This document shows positions 16,274-30,603 of a DNA stretch of 64,000 nucleotides, piece after piece. This stretch comes from Eledone cirrhosa (taxonomy: Eukaryota), in assembly GCA_964016885.1 (NCBI GenBank), contig OZ024741.1:30132001-30196000 (forward strand), read 5' to 3'. Each line of letters begins with the position of its first letter. Position 1 is the stretch's first letter. Both the position numbers and the translations under genes were made by a program. Below the pieces are notes generated by a model that saw only the letters and a list, made by a program, of their open reading frames with translations, had not been told where the DNA came from and did no database searches.

Positions 16274-16420
16274 GTTTCTGAATTTGTTTAGCAAGATTCT
16301 TTATCTGAAATCGTGTGTTGAAACCGATATTGTTATGCCATGACAACATGACCCTCCCAAAGTATAACAATATATATATATATATATACACATGTATATG
16401 TGTATATATGTATTTATATG

Positions 16421-16460
<40 letters not shown>

Positions 16461-16466
16461 GATATA

Positions 16467-16551
<85 letters not shown>

Positions 16552-16604
16552 TTGTGTGTGTGTGTGTGCGTCTATATATATATATATATATATATATAAA
16601 TATA

Positions 16605-16858
16605 ACGGCGATGAATTCGTTTTGCGAGGTTTTTATATGAATTCGTGTGTCGAAATAAATATTGTTATACTTGGGGAGGGTCATATTTGTGTAATAATAT
16701 TGTCAGAATTAATAACAGAACACACTCCCTGTTTGGTTGGTTTCCACTTCTGTGTCTTTTATATCGGTTAATTTAATTTATTCGGTCCACAATTCGGTGT
16801 TCTGTTATTAATTCTGGCAATATTATTACACTAATATGACCCTCCCCAAGTATAACCA
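16605..16858. mobile_element. Internally deleted fold-back element, family B2
   Basis: Tail 16605-16660 and arms 16661-16723 / 16797-16857 match the element at 54289-55165. The HHR region is missing. Confidence 0.8.
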
Positions 16859-16867
16859 TATATATAA

Positions 16868-16939
<72 letters not shown>

Positions 16940-17076
16940 GCGATAACGCAGCTTATCGTTATAGGCAGTCCACTGAGATAGATTGGCGGATAATGAGGCG
17001 TATAGCGAACTCTAGACCTACCAGATCAAAGATACAATTGTCAGCAATCTGAATAAACCCCTTATTGTATACCGAA

Positions 17077-17125
<49 letters not shown>

Positions 17126-17405
17126 TAAATATATTTAAGTCGTTTGGAAGCCTCGACAATGCAAATGGGTAAATCTCCGGGTAACAAGATCCGGTGGTGG
17201 AGCGAGAGATGTAAGTGGGTGTACGTTGAGATGCGTGGTGTGTAAAGATGTGTAAATGTGTAGAAGAAAGAGGCAAGAGTATAAAGGATAAAATAAAATA
17301 ACAACACAAGAGAGAGTTAACTTGGGAGAGATTTAATAGTACCTATATATTTCGGATTCAAATCCATCAAATGGGTTTTTTTGGGGAGTAAAGGTTGTCG
17401 GTGGA

Positions 17406-18647
17406 TTGGACGCGTTCCATCAGTATATTGACGGCCGGGCGTGCCGGGACCGAGGTGTAGAGAGCGACTACATCAAGGCTGCCAATATACTGATGGAACG
17501 CGTCCAATCCACCGACTTACACTGCTTCGGGCTCACCACCACTGACATCCACCAACTCCTATCCATCGTCGTCGACAACACCTACTTCGGATTCCTTGAC
17601 CAAACATACCAACAAACCTCGGGATTGACCATGGGATCAAGCCTATCAGGTGTTCTAGCGATCTCTTACATGGACAACCTCGAACGCAAGGCACACAACG
17701 CCTGTCACTCCAATACCGTAGCCTTTTTCTCAAGGTACGTGGACGATATACTCATCCTCACATCATTCCAAGACACGGCGAACAGTATCTATGAGACGTT
17801 CAACAACACGGACGAGAACATTGACTTCAGTGTTGAACAGCCCAACGAACACGGGTCACTTGCCCTCCACGACTTCTGAATCAACATCACGGAACAGGGA
17901 AGGATCCACTGCAACTTCTACCGAAAGGCAGCCTGCAGGGAGCTGTTCGTTCAATACAAGTCCGCCCTCCCTAACAGTGCCAACAGAGGATACATCACGA
18001 ACGAGATCGCGCGAATCAAAAATAGATGCAGCGATCCCGCGAGTGGTGTCACTCATACCAAGCGATTCCTCGAGGTGCTGGAGACGTACGGGTACCCTAC
18101 CTCGATCACAGACAGAATAGGAGACACCAGACACAAGAGACAGAGAGGCACCCAAGGCAAGTGCTTCCTTAAAATTCCACATCTGGGCGAGCATACCACC
18201 AACGCTATCCGCAAGGCTATACGGAGGGAGGGCCTCGACATCCACCTGGCCCACTCGGGCCCCTCCCTGCGAAGATGCCTCTCCAAGAAACCCGGGAAAT
18301 CTACTGACGCATGCTCCCTCAGAGACTGACCGATACGCCATGCGAACTGTTGCCTACGCACATACGTCGTGTATAAGATAGAATGTGACAGGTGCAAAAT
18401 ATACTACATAGGTAGCACAATCCGACCTTTGCACATCCGGATCAAGGAACACACTAAAACCAGGGCCTCGTCTTTCCGGAAACACATAGACAAATGCGGA
18501 AACAAAGACGGAAGGCCCATTGTCACAATTCTAGCGACTGATAGAAACGTCGGAACGTTACGTATCAAGGAAGCACTTTTTATCAAACGCCTGCAACCGC
18601 AAATAAACAACCGATTAGAGAGAAACGAAATGAGATGGCTGGTTTAA
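17406..18647 (+). pseudogene. PLE RT-GIY-YIG frame interrupted only by two in-frame TGA codons (17877, 18327)
   Basis: ORFs 17406, 18075 and 18369 share one frame; the intervening codons were read and contain no other stop. Confidence 0.85.
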
Positions 18648-19020
18648 GTTTATAAACGATGTAGCAACACACAAACGAGACAACTACACACACACACACA
18701 CAGTAGCATTCCACCATACGAACATACTACACTGCCAATACAGGGGAACAAGGCAACTACACACGCACACACACACACTCAAGCGAGACAACAACACACG
18801 CACACACACACACAGTAACATTTAATAAACAGGCAGAGAATGGACTGACAGCTAGCGCCACCCCACTCCCTCATTCGGCCGCTGACCTCTGCCCGACCGA
18901 CCCCATTTCAAGCGCACGCGCGCTCTGCCGAATACCTCAGATATTCAAAACAACAAAACAACAAACAGCGGAGGACGCGATTCGCACCTGTCCGACAGAC
19001 AACCTTTACCCCGAAAAAAA

Positions 19021-19056
19021 ACCCAGTTGATGGATGTGAATCCGAAATATATAGGG
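19021..19056 (+). ncRNA. Atypical hammerhead-like motif in pLTR; twin 17341-17376 (-)
   Basis: acc-CAGTTGA-t-GGAT-gtga-ATCC-GAAA-TATA-TA-ggg. Geometry is intact but the core is altered. Confidence 0.55.
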
Positions 19057-19320
19057 ACTATTAAATCTCTCCCAAGTTAACTCTCTCTTGTGTTGTTATT
19101 TTATTTTATCCTTTATACTCTTCCCTCTTTATTCTACACATTTACACATCTTTACACACCACGCATCTCAACGTACACCAACTTACATCTCTCTCTCCAC
19201 CACCGGATCTTGTTACCCGGAGATTTACCCATTTGCACTGCCGAGGCTTCCAAACGACTACTTAAAGATATCTATTTATTATTCCACAATGCTTCAAGCA
19301 AGCTTCAATACTCTCATATA

Positions 19321-19493
<173 letters not shown>

Positions 19494-19526
19494 GTATATA
19501 TTTATGTATATATTTATATATATATG

Positions 19527-19581
<55 letters not shown>

Positions 19582-19582
19582 T

Positions 19583-19669
<87 letters not shown>

Positions 19670-20829
19670 TTATATATATATATATATATATATGTATATG
19701 TATATATATATGTATATATATATATACTTATATATATAGTAATAATAATAAATTTGAAGACTAAAATCATAGCGGACTCGATAAGGATAAATATATATCA
19801 GATATATAAGAACGTCTCCATGAACCACCTAATAGAATATTAGTCTACGACTTCATTTATACCATAAACGTGGTTTTGTCTTTGCGTGTATTTGTTTTCC
19901 CTGCTCCAAATAATGACGTATTATGTCCGTTTTTTTCCGTTCTTCGCCAGGTAACGTTTCCACGAACCAAAGTATCGTCTTCCTGTCTTCCTTCGGTTGC
20001 CATGTTTTTTTGAAATATTCACTTCTGCTTTTACAGATAGACTTTTTTTAGTTTCAGAGAATCCGTTAAGATCTTTAATCTGTTATTTTAATAAATAAAT
20101 ATATATATATATATATATATACAAATATAAATTAGTGAGAATCGTATTTCGGCTATTGGAAATTAGCGAAAAACAACTTCCGAGATGTGTGGCATGCGCT
20201 CCAGGGGAGCTAGCTAACTAGAGCAACAACATAAGTTAAAAGGCCAAACACGCTGAGACGATGGTTAAACCATTATCCGCACAGTCATAGAAAGGACCAA
20301 GTAATTGGGATCAAACAAATAAAATATGATTGGAAGGTTGGAAATATCCAGTATTGGGTTTCTGCAACTCATAAATCAAGTACTGTCTGCTTAGACAAAT
20401 AATGTTGAGCTTTTGGTATGATGATCGAACAAGAAAGTCACTTTTTCAACAGGATTTTAGTTCAGTGCCAAGCCAAGGACTGACTGTTATCAAAACGCAC
20501 GTGGGGCTTGACAAGGGGGGACAAGCCTTAGTTTTGGAGGATGAATTCAATATGTGTGTTATTGCAAAATTGCAAAATTTCACAAAACGAATTAAGCTCT
20601 CAACAGAATAGTTTTAAAATCAACAAGAGCTATTAATCAGTCAATAGAATTAACTAAAAAATCAAGAAAATTAACTGCTCAATAGCTATTCTCTGGAGAT
20701 TAATACAAATATAAATTAGCGAGAATTGTATTTCGGCTATTGGAAATTAGCGAAAAACAACTTCCGCACAGCCATAGAAACGACCAAGTAATTCGGGCCA
20801 AACGTATAAAATATGATTGAAAATTATGA

Positions 20830-20891
<62 letters not shown>

Positions 20892-20935
20892 AAATAAAGA
20901 TCCGAAGGCATGGTATAAATTTCCAATCATTTTAA

Positions 20936-21009
20936 TCACAACACATGTTTCAATAAGAGATAGATCGATCGTCCGGCCATGATCGATTATCACTGACCTC
21001 GTCAGGTGA
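20936..21009 (-). ncRNA. Hammerhead with 47-nt stem II (solo pLTR-like remnant next to (TA)n)
   Basis: Reverse complement: tcac-CTGACGA-ggtcagtgataATCGATC-atggccggac-GATCGATctatctcttatt-GAAA-catgtg-TT-gtga. Confidence 0.8.
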
Positions 21010-21772
21010 AAATGAATTGTCTTCAAATCCTTGATATGAGGGAGAACATTTAACGTTGTTCACTCACTAGAATTTCTCTCTCATATGAAGATTAAGCAGC
21101 CAAAACACGACGGCTGCTATTGTCCTCAGTTAGGGTCATAAAACTATGAAGTCTCTATCTCTCAATAGCTGTAAAAGACGCTGGAGGGGTCTAATCTCAA
21201 CATCAAATCTTTAGAATTACAGTCGGTCACAGTTATTGTGAGTGAGTACACACACACTCACACACACCGATGCGAGGTCGAAGAAAAAACAAATATATAC
21301 AAACCAACATAGTATTCACCGAAAGTTAGTTTACAAAACAACGAATGCTATATTGGCTGGTGACGTCAGAATGAGACGAATGTCTTTTTACAAGAAACAG
21401 CAGTCGAAAACATTCCGAAAAAGCTCTACAAATGTAAGGAGTTCAGCAAAACAGCAATATTATCGCAGTTTCTTTTTTAAAAAGACCGGGATTAGTGACA
21501 AATAATTTTAAACACTCTAGCAAAAATTCCGAGTATAAATATAAATGAAAATATAGAAATTATTGTGAGCAAGTAGCCAACAGTATTTCATAATATATAA
21601 GTGACTATAACGTCAAAATGGAAAATAATTAACGCAAGATGTGGGAAAATAATTCAAACTCAATTAAAAAAAACCAAGACAGAGATTTTATCCACAGATT
21701 TTGTGAAATCAGCGAAAAAAACCAATAGAGTCTTAACTCAGAATAAAATAAAGTTTATATATATAAAATAAA

Positions 21773-21888
<116 letters not shown>

Positions 21889-21904
21889 TATATATATATA
21901 ATAA

Positions 21905-24900
21905 TAATAATGTCCGTTTACAATTTTTTCGCTACTACATATAATATTTCTGGATCAAATGATTATATATCATTATTGATCTGGTTCATTTGAAAATAAT
22001 TAACATAGGTAAAGATAGAACAGCTCATCGGAACTTCAAAAGTAATATAAATTAAAACAAGGAAAGAATGTTACATAAATGTAATGTTCCATATATTGGT
22101 ATTTCACTATGGTGTCCTAGGTATATCAATTCTCTGCCATAGTCGAGCAGTATTCTTCTGTCGAGGCTGCATTGTGTGAGATCTTCCTATGGGTAACAAG
22201 ATGGCCGCAAATGGACATATTTACCTTACTAATTAGAGGGTGGTTTCAGGGGAGGTAACTCCTCGAGAGATTAGAAATTGTGGGTCGTTGATAGTTAAGT
22301 GCTAATTTTTTAATTTTTTAATTGAGAGACAATGTAAGGGAGGTAACTTATAATTATCTAAGTTAGTTATTGTTATTTAACTTATTAGCTACAAGTAAAA
22401 ATGGGGCTAGATGTCTAAGTTGCAAGAATCCCCCACACAGCATCCTGCTGGACCCTTTTGTGAAAGATCTATTTAACTTCGTCAGGAGCATTAAATTCAA
22501 AAAGCATTATAGACACAAGAATAATTTCCTCACAAAATTAGCAACAACCATAAACAAATTTAAAGATAGCCATCTCTTACATGTTATGTCTGACAAAACT
22601 AAAAGTGTATACACCATGACTCTTGAAACTTACAACTCTTTCCTTCTTAAGGAACTTAATAAAAACTATTAAAAAAACTATACCCTCCAGTGTAAACGTA
22701 CTTAACCGAAAAGCCCAGGCTTTGTTTAATGACTTGCATCTGGATAGATTTACCCACCCTTATGTACCAAGAAGCCCAAGGTTTTCTCTCAAGGATCATA
22801 AGCCAAACTTTATAGAGAACCCATCTATTAGACTTATAAGCCGAACCTCATCCGACTTGGGTCGTATCAGTAAACAAATCCTAGGATTGGATCATCCTTG
22901 GACTACGAGATGATATCACCTACAAGCTGTGGTCCAACACCGGCCAAGTCATTAGATGTTTCTCCGATCTAAGGTCCAAGAAATCTATGAGGTTTATCCA
23001 ATTTGACATTGACATCTATTACGCTTCAATAACCCGGGAACTGCTCAACAAAGCATTAACTCTAGCCAGCACCAACTCTGACATAACCAATAATGAGATT
23101 GACATCATACTTATGGCTAGGCAGACCATCATTGAATTCAAGGGAGCACTCTGGACTAGAAAAGACAGAACAGACAACTTTGATATCACGATGGGCTCAA
23201 GTAACTCTGCGCAAATCACCGATTTAGTTGGAATGTATCTATTACATAACATCAGAGCCGAAATCCAACGCCCTATTTGCAGTCCACAATTGCACTAATC
23301 AAGGCATTGACTTGTTCAAAAAACAATTACATAGATTCTTAAAAAATAACGGTCTCTCTATCACCATCGAGCCGAACCATAAAGTAGTAAACTTCCTAGC
23401 CGTTACCCTGGATCTTAACAATAACCTATATTAACCTTACCATAAACCAGGTGAAATACTTACATATATTAGCCCATACTCTAACCACCTACCGGCAGTC
23501 ATCAGAGCAGTAATCAAGTCTATCTCGTATAGGATCTCCATGCTTTCAGCAAATAAGGAGATATTTATAAACCATGCAGCATATAAAAATAAGGCTCTTT
23601 CTGAATCTGGTTACGAACAGTCCATTTACTACATACCTAAATGCCACAACCATAATAAACTTAACACTAGAACTAGAAATACCTTAGCATATAGTCAGAA
23701 TTTTAGCAGTAACAGCACTTATACAGGGAACCTTAATGGTGGCAGTAGCCTGCTTTCCACTCCAAGTAGCAAAATAAAAATCAACCCTAGAATAGAAATG
23801 AGCAATGGGATGACAAATAACAAATGCCCAGGTAATAATAACCCTATAAAGGCCCCTACCAACTCCACTAGAAGCCCTACAAGGAATAGGCCTAGAAATT
23901 TCACCTGGTTTAACCCCCTATTCTCATCTAATCTAGCCACTAATATCCCTAAACACTTCTTCTCTGTCCTATGTAAACATCCCCCCCACCACCATAGATA
24001 TTACAAACTCTTTAATAAAAATAACATTAAAATCTTATTCTCCACAACACCTAACCTAGCTAGCCACAACCCATTCAGTAACCATCATAAATTAAGACAG
24101 TATAACTCCCACACCGCGGTACCACCACCACCATCAATTACACCACGCCACTACACCAATACTTACTCTAGTAGCACACCTCCCCCATCTAATCCTTCTA
24201 GCACTGACCAACCGCTTAGGTTAAACAACCCCACTCTCATTAACCGCAGAAGTAACTGCAACTGCCGTTACCCTAATGCATGCCCACTAAATGGACATTG
24301 CCTGACACCCAACATAGTCTATAGGTAACCGGTTAAAACTGCTTCGAATACCAGCTCCTATATCGGGTCTACCTCTAACCCTTTTAAGGTACGCTATAAC
24401 GAGCAATCTTTTTCTTTCCGAGACCCTAACAACAGATGTTCGACATCTCTAGCTAGGCTCATTAAAAACCTTAAATTAACCAACATTGAACACTCACTAA
24501 CATGGGATATATTGGCTAGGGCCCAACCGTTCAATGGACGAAGAAAATCTTGTGATCTCTGTCTTACCGAAGCATATTACATAACTCTATCACGACGTCT
24601 ACCGATTAACGATAGAACAGAGGTAACTATTAGCTGTAAACATCGAAGGGCTAATTCCTTCGCCAACAGAATATTTGACCCAACTTAGTCATTTAGCCCC
24701 ATTTTTACTTGTAGCTAATAAGTTAAATAGCTATAACTACATTGTCTCTCAATTAAAAAATTAAAAAAATTAGCACTTAACTATAAACTACCCACAATAT
24801 CTAATCTCTCGAGGAGTTACCTCCCGTTAAACCACCCTCTAATTAGTAAGGTAAATATGTCCATTGGCGGCCATCTCGTTACCCATAGGCAGATCTCACG

Positions 24901-25173
24901 CAATGCAGCCTCGACAGAAGAATACTGCTCGACTATGGCAGACAATTGATATACCTAGGACACCATAGTGAAATACCAATATATGGAACATTACATTTAT
25001 GTAACATTCTTTCCTTGTTTTAATTTATATTCCTTTTGAAGTTCCGATGAGCTGTTCTATCTTTACCTATGTCAATTATTTTCAACTGAACCAGATCAAT
25101 AATGATATAAAATTATTTGATCCAGAAATATTATATGGAGTAGCGAAACAATTGTAAACGGAGATTATTATTA
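21905..25173 (+). mobile_element. Penelope-like element (probably Hydra clade) with about 430 bp inverted pLTRs (21905-22336 / 24737-25173)
   Basis: Fragmented ORFs 22370-24688: MSDKTK, LKDHKPNF, IQFDI, FDITMGS, WFNP, CNCRYPNACPLNGHCL, YIGST. Ends are reverse complements. Confidence 0.92.
25041..25159 (+). ncRNA. Hammerhead with CCGAUGA core and 94-nt domain II; antisense twin 21916-22034
   Basis: gtt-CCGATGA-GCTgttctat...atatggagtAGC-GAAA-CAATTG-TA-aac. Confidence 0.8.
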
Positions 25174-25362
25174 TGGTGGATTGGCAGTATCGGTAGAGGG
25201 TCGGGCGCCATGCTTTCCAGCATAGTTACGTCCATTTACGACCTGAGTTCAAATCCCGCCGAGGTTGACTTTGCCTTTCATCCTTACGGGGTCGATAAAA
25301 TAAAGTACCAGTAATGCACTGGGTAATTGCTGGCCTTGAGCCTAAAGTAGAAACAATTATTA
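25174..25362 (+). mobile_element. SINE family A
   Basis: Full-length copy matching 14660-14850. Confidence 0.88.
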
Positions 25363-25642
25363 TTAATATTATTATTATTATTCTCTACATTCCTTATATC
25401 AAACTAAAATAGGTTGACAATTCTTTTAATAATGTCTTCCTTGTGAAATGTGTGGGTTTTTTTGCTTAACTAATGAATATTCCAGCTCTGTGCACCTAAC
25501 CTCTGCATGTACCCAGCCACATAGCTGCTTTCCACTGTATTTTGCATATTGAGCACATGCCTTTACGCTTTGGCTTCTAACTAATTCACCAATCTCTCCT
25601 CTCCTATCTCCACCTCTCTCTTTAAGATTGGTTACTCTTGAA

Positions 25643-25719
<77 letters not shown>

Positions 25720-25771
25720 TGTATACATATATATATATATATATATTTTTTAAATAGTTAAACAAGATTCA

Positions 25772-28700
25772 ATGAGTATGTCAAAGAATGAGTTTTACAG
25801 TAGATTTAAGGAAGAGATGCCAGTTAGACTGATGGCTCCATCGAAATCGGATATAGGAGTAATCAGTAAAAACATCATAGATAGAATATTACCCACTCTT
25901 AAATTGAAATCTAACTTCAGCTTATGGAAGGATACAAACGAAGTCATAGAATGCTACAAGAGTATAGAATATAAAAAAACCCCGTAAATTCATCCAGATG
26001 GACATACTAGCTACTATTCTTCCATAACACCTACTCTCCTAATTAAGGCTCTTTCATATGCTTATAAGCATACTGATATAACCACAGATGAAATCAATAT
26101 AATACTAACAGCCAGAGGAACTCTTATTAACTTCAACAACGAATACTGGACACTATCAGATAGAGATAGAAACTTTGATATCACTATGGGTGCATCCGAT
26201 TCCATGCAAATCACAGATCTTCTGGGAATTTTCGTATTAAACATGATAAATAGAAAACTGCCTGGGATTACCGGTGGTTTATATAGGGACGACATTTTAT
26301 TTACGGTGGTCAAACACAACAATATAGAACTAAATAGAGTAAAGAAAAGTATAATAGAATTCTTTAAAATGTACGACCTTAAATTAGAAGTTGAAAATGG
26401 TACCAAAATAGTTAATTTCCTAGACGTTACTTTTAACTTAAACACTGGCTTCTATTACCCTTTTCATAAGCCCAATGAAAACTTAAACTATTTTAGTAAC
26501 CATTCAAATCACCCGAAATCTGTAAAAAAAAGCTATAGTTAATAGTGTGCAAAAGCGAATTAATAAAATACCAGCCAATAAAGATATATTCGATGAAAAT
26601 GCTGAATACAACAACAACGCGTTAAAAAGAGCAGGATATACGAATAATATAGAATATGTAGATAATAATAATCCAAATATTATACTTAAGAAAAATAATA
26701 ACATATATAAGCGAAACTCTAATAATTATAACTCAAACACCCATATGCCAAATAAATCGACGATACGAACTAGAACTAAACCAGTCATATGGTTTGCCCC
26801 CCCCCCCCCCCCTGCTTCGGTCGCAGTTAAAACACCAATTGCAAAATTATTCTTTAACGCTCTTGACACCTCTTTCCCTATTCAACATAAATACCATTCC
26901 ATTTTTACAGACATACCGTTAAATTCTCCTATTCTACAACCTGTAACATGGCCCAAAACATTGCCAAATTAAACAATAAAATCCTAAAACAAAACCAACA
27001 TATTGATCTTAATAATAGGGTTAACATAAATGATACTAAACCAAAATGTAATTGTAGAAATAAAACTGATTGCCCTTTGCAAAATAATTGTTTAGATAGT
27101 AATTTGGTTTATAAATGCACCGTAAAAACTGATCACAATACTTACAACTACATAGGATCCACTTCTTCCACTTTTAAAGCCAGATTTGCGAACCATAAAT
27201 GCTCATTCTCGAACTCAAAGAGGAAATCATCCACGTCTTTATCACAGCTCATATGGTCATTAAAAGAGAAACATTTTAAATACTCCATTCTTTGGACAAA
27301 ACTTCGTAACTGTGGAATTTACCGCAACTCTAGTATATCAAATAACTGCTCGCTCTGTACAATGGAGACCTTGTTGATTATTAATAACTATGAGAACCTA
27401 ATTAACAAAAAAAGTGAATTATTCTCTAGTTGCCTCCATAAAGCTACATCCACATTCTTAGCCTCCCACAAAACAAGAAATAAAGAGAGTCTAGCATTAA
27501 ACCATTAAAAACTTGGTTGTCAGACATATATAATCAACAGGGAAAAACATTAATGGCCTTTAATATTGCATTATCTTATAACTATCTATAGAAGAAATAA
27601 CGCTCGAATGAAAGACACTTGTTCAATAACATGCTGAACATTTACACACATAACATTATTTTACTAACTTTGATCAATACCATTATTTCTTTATTTCTTT
27701 ATCTCTCTATATATCTTCCTTTCTAAGTTTTAAATTTTAGTTTAATATCCAACCCATATATTTTTACGGATCTTATTTATAACTGTGAATATTTTAACGC
27801 GTTTTTTGATCTCTTATTTATAATATATTATAATATGTACGTAATTATATTTTCTATATATTTTTTTAAATATACCTACTGCATTTATATATCCATGATT
27901 CAAATATAGAGCAAATATCCAAACTCTGAATTATCCATGCATTTTTTATTAGTCTTTCTCTTATATACATATATGTATTTAACTGTAACACGTAGAACTT
28001 TATTATATAAAATTGTAACCGTTATCATCTACCTAAAGTATACTGTACCATTAATACCTAATATATATCTATATATACCTCCCTATATATTACTATATAT
28101 AATTTTTAGTTAACTTCTAAATTTTTCGATGACGTTTACTCTGAACTAAGAATAATTAATGCATTTACACCCTGTTATATATAGGTCTATATTTAACCTT
28201 AACATGCATCAATCTATTATTTTATTATCATCTACCTAAAATATACTGGCTCATTAATATATATATACATAATCGTTATTTAAATATTTCTAACAATAAG
28301 TAATTCACAAGCTTTACATACCTAATAAGCTCAGTATCTCCGTTAAAGTTTACATTTAGGAAATTAATCAACAGTATAGACTTTCACTCCTGTTGGCCAG
28401 CTAATCCCTATAAATGTTACCCACATGAAATTCAGAAGCTTTGAAATGTTAACATACTTATAGACTTCATAAAACTAATATATAAATAACAAGCAACTTA
28501 TAAAAAACAACAACCAAAATCTCGAACCTTCACCCTATAATACCATAAATTAAATATTTTCAAGATTAACCGTTTAACTTTCGGCAAAACTAAATATCCT
28601 TCAGCTTATTACCCCCCCCCCCCCCTTCATTAAAAAATTATAGTATCATACATCTTAATATCTATTTAACTGTTACATTAAGCAACGTTTTTCTTACTCG

Positions 28701-28935
28701 CACTTTCTCTGTTGAATTTATTACGTTTTTGCATTATCTCAGTATTAGGCTATAAATGTTAATTTTTTCTTGGGTTAATCACTACCTTGATTAAATCTTA
28801 ACCATTTAAAATCTCAGGGTATGTCATGTATCATTATAATTTGTCTGATGAGGACGTAGAGTTGTACATCCGAAATATGTATAATAAAATGTAATTGATC
28901 AAAAGAACATCTATTTATTAATATTTGTATTTTAA
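25772..28935 (+). mobile_element. 5'-truncated Penelope-like element (probably Hydra clade) with 1.4 kb 3' region
   Basis: PSKSDIG, GGLYRDD, VNFLDVTFNL, CNCRNKTDCPLQNNCL, YIGSTSSTFKAR, CSLC across frameshifted ORFs 25772-27508. Confidence 0.9.
28841..28884 (+). ncRNA. Hammerhead motif, slightly degenerate
   Basis: ttgt-CTGATGA-GGAcGTA-gagttg-TACaTCC-GAAA-tatg-TA-taa, then AATAAA and (TA)n. Confidence 0.7.
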
Positions 28936-28942
28936 TAATTAT

Positions 28943-29071
<129 letters not shown>

Positions 29072-29406
29072 GAGAGATATATAGATAAATATACACGGGT
29101 GTGTATGATTGTGTATAGAAGATTATATTAATAAAAGGTATTCCAACTTTATCTGATTTACTCGTTTTATTTACAATCCTTTAAAATTTATAAAGGTATT
29201 ATAATGAAATAGTATGATAGAATATTAAATGTTAAGTGTTAATTGAACAAGTACTTTCATGCTTTCGCAATCTTCAGGTTTATAATGTGTGGTGACAGTC
29301 AAGTTTGCAATTTTCAACTGTATATGTATATATGTATGTATATATATGTATATATATATATACACAGTTCAAGAGTAACCAATCTTAGAGAGAGATGGAT
29401 ATCGTG

Positions 29407-29518
<112 letters not shown>

Positions 29519-29559
29519 ATATATATAAGCCATGCGCCTTCACATACATATGTGGTACA

Positions 29560-29634
<75 letters not shown>

Positions 29635-29637
<3 letters not shown>

Positions 29638-30603
29638 GTTGTCATGGAAGTACCAGCAAGGATCTCCACTGCCCTCCTTACTCAGATGTGCATTGAAGTC
29701 CCCCAAAACAAGCAGGATAGTGTGTGCCTGACTGGTGTTGACAGCTCTACACACCTCCTCATGGAACACTTCCGCATTCACATCACTGTCCACCTCGGTT
29801 GGACTATAGGCTGAGATGACTGTCAGTCTTGGGTTTCCATTGAAGGTCACCTTCAACACTCGCGGGGAGATAGGCATTATGTTCCTCACCAACAGATTGG
29901 TTTTTGCACTGAACACAAAACCCACTCCTCCTACTGCAGCATTTGTTGTGTTCTTCACTGCCGATGTAGTGATGAGCTGGCTCTTCTTCCCGATTATCAC
30001 ACTCCTCACGGGCTCATCGTGTAGAATCCTGTGTTCTTGGATCGCAAGTATCTGTATACCACTCTCCTCGAGCAGATGTCCCAACTCCTCTCTCTTCTCC
30101 AGCGTCCGAATAGTCCTCACATTCAAAGTGCACATTTTGATGGCTCTTCTGCAGGACAAAACTGCATTCTTTATATTTGTCTCAGAGACAGCTGATCCAT
30201 CATCCACTGGCCCTCTCTGTGGCTCTAAGCCAGCAGAGTCATAACGACCAGGCTGCTCCTTTACAGTGTAATTAGGGGCTCTAACCCTAGTGCTGTTAGA
30301 TCGACTCTCCATATTTCTTTTCAATGGCTGACAATACCTTACCGGTGCCACTCGAATAAGGTAGTTATTTAATGTCCTGGGTATGACATTAAACTACATC
30401 CAGTGGCAAGGCTCCAGTTCGGGAGTTCAGGAGATGTGGGGAATGTGGAGTTACCCCTTAGTTGTCATGACTCCCAGGTCTGCCCTGGCCCGGGGTGGTA
30501 GTACCAGTTAGGGCTCCATTTATGGGTTAAATAACTACCTTATTCGAGTGGCGCCGGTAAGGTATTGTCAGCCATTGAAAAGAAATATGAAGAGTCGATC
30601 TAA
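29635..30603 (-). mobile_element. LINE 5' region (apurinic-like endonuclease, RTE-type) with inverted duplication
   Basis: [36 protein letters not shown]. 30296-30372 is the reverse complement of 30527-30603. Confidence 0.85.

Larger units (their letters stand above)
17137..19320 (+). mobile_element. 5'-truncated canonical-type PLE (YVDD RT plus GIY-YIG) with inverted pLTRs 17137-17400 / 18998-19260 and tail to 19320
   Basis: YQQTSGLTMGSSLS, FFSRYVDD, VVYKIECDRCKIYYIGSTIRPLHIRIKEH...KEALFIKRLQPQIN. Inverted ends; (TA)n flanks. Confidence 0.92.

Noticed and set aside
25400-25645. Tc1/mariner-like terminus (TA-cagttcaagagtaaccaatctt, also at 29365)
   Set aside because: No transposase or clear element boundaries; evidence too thin.
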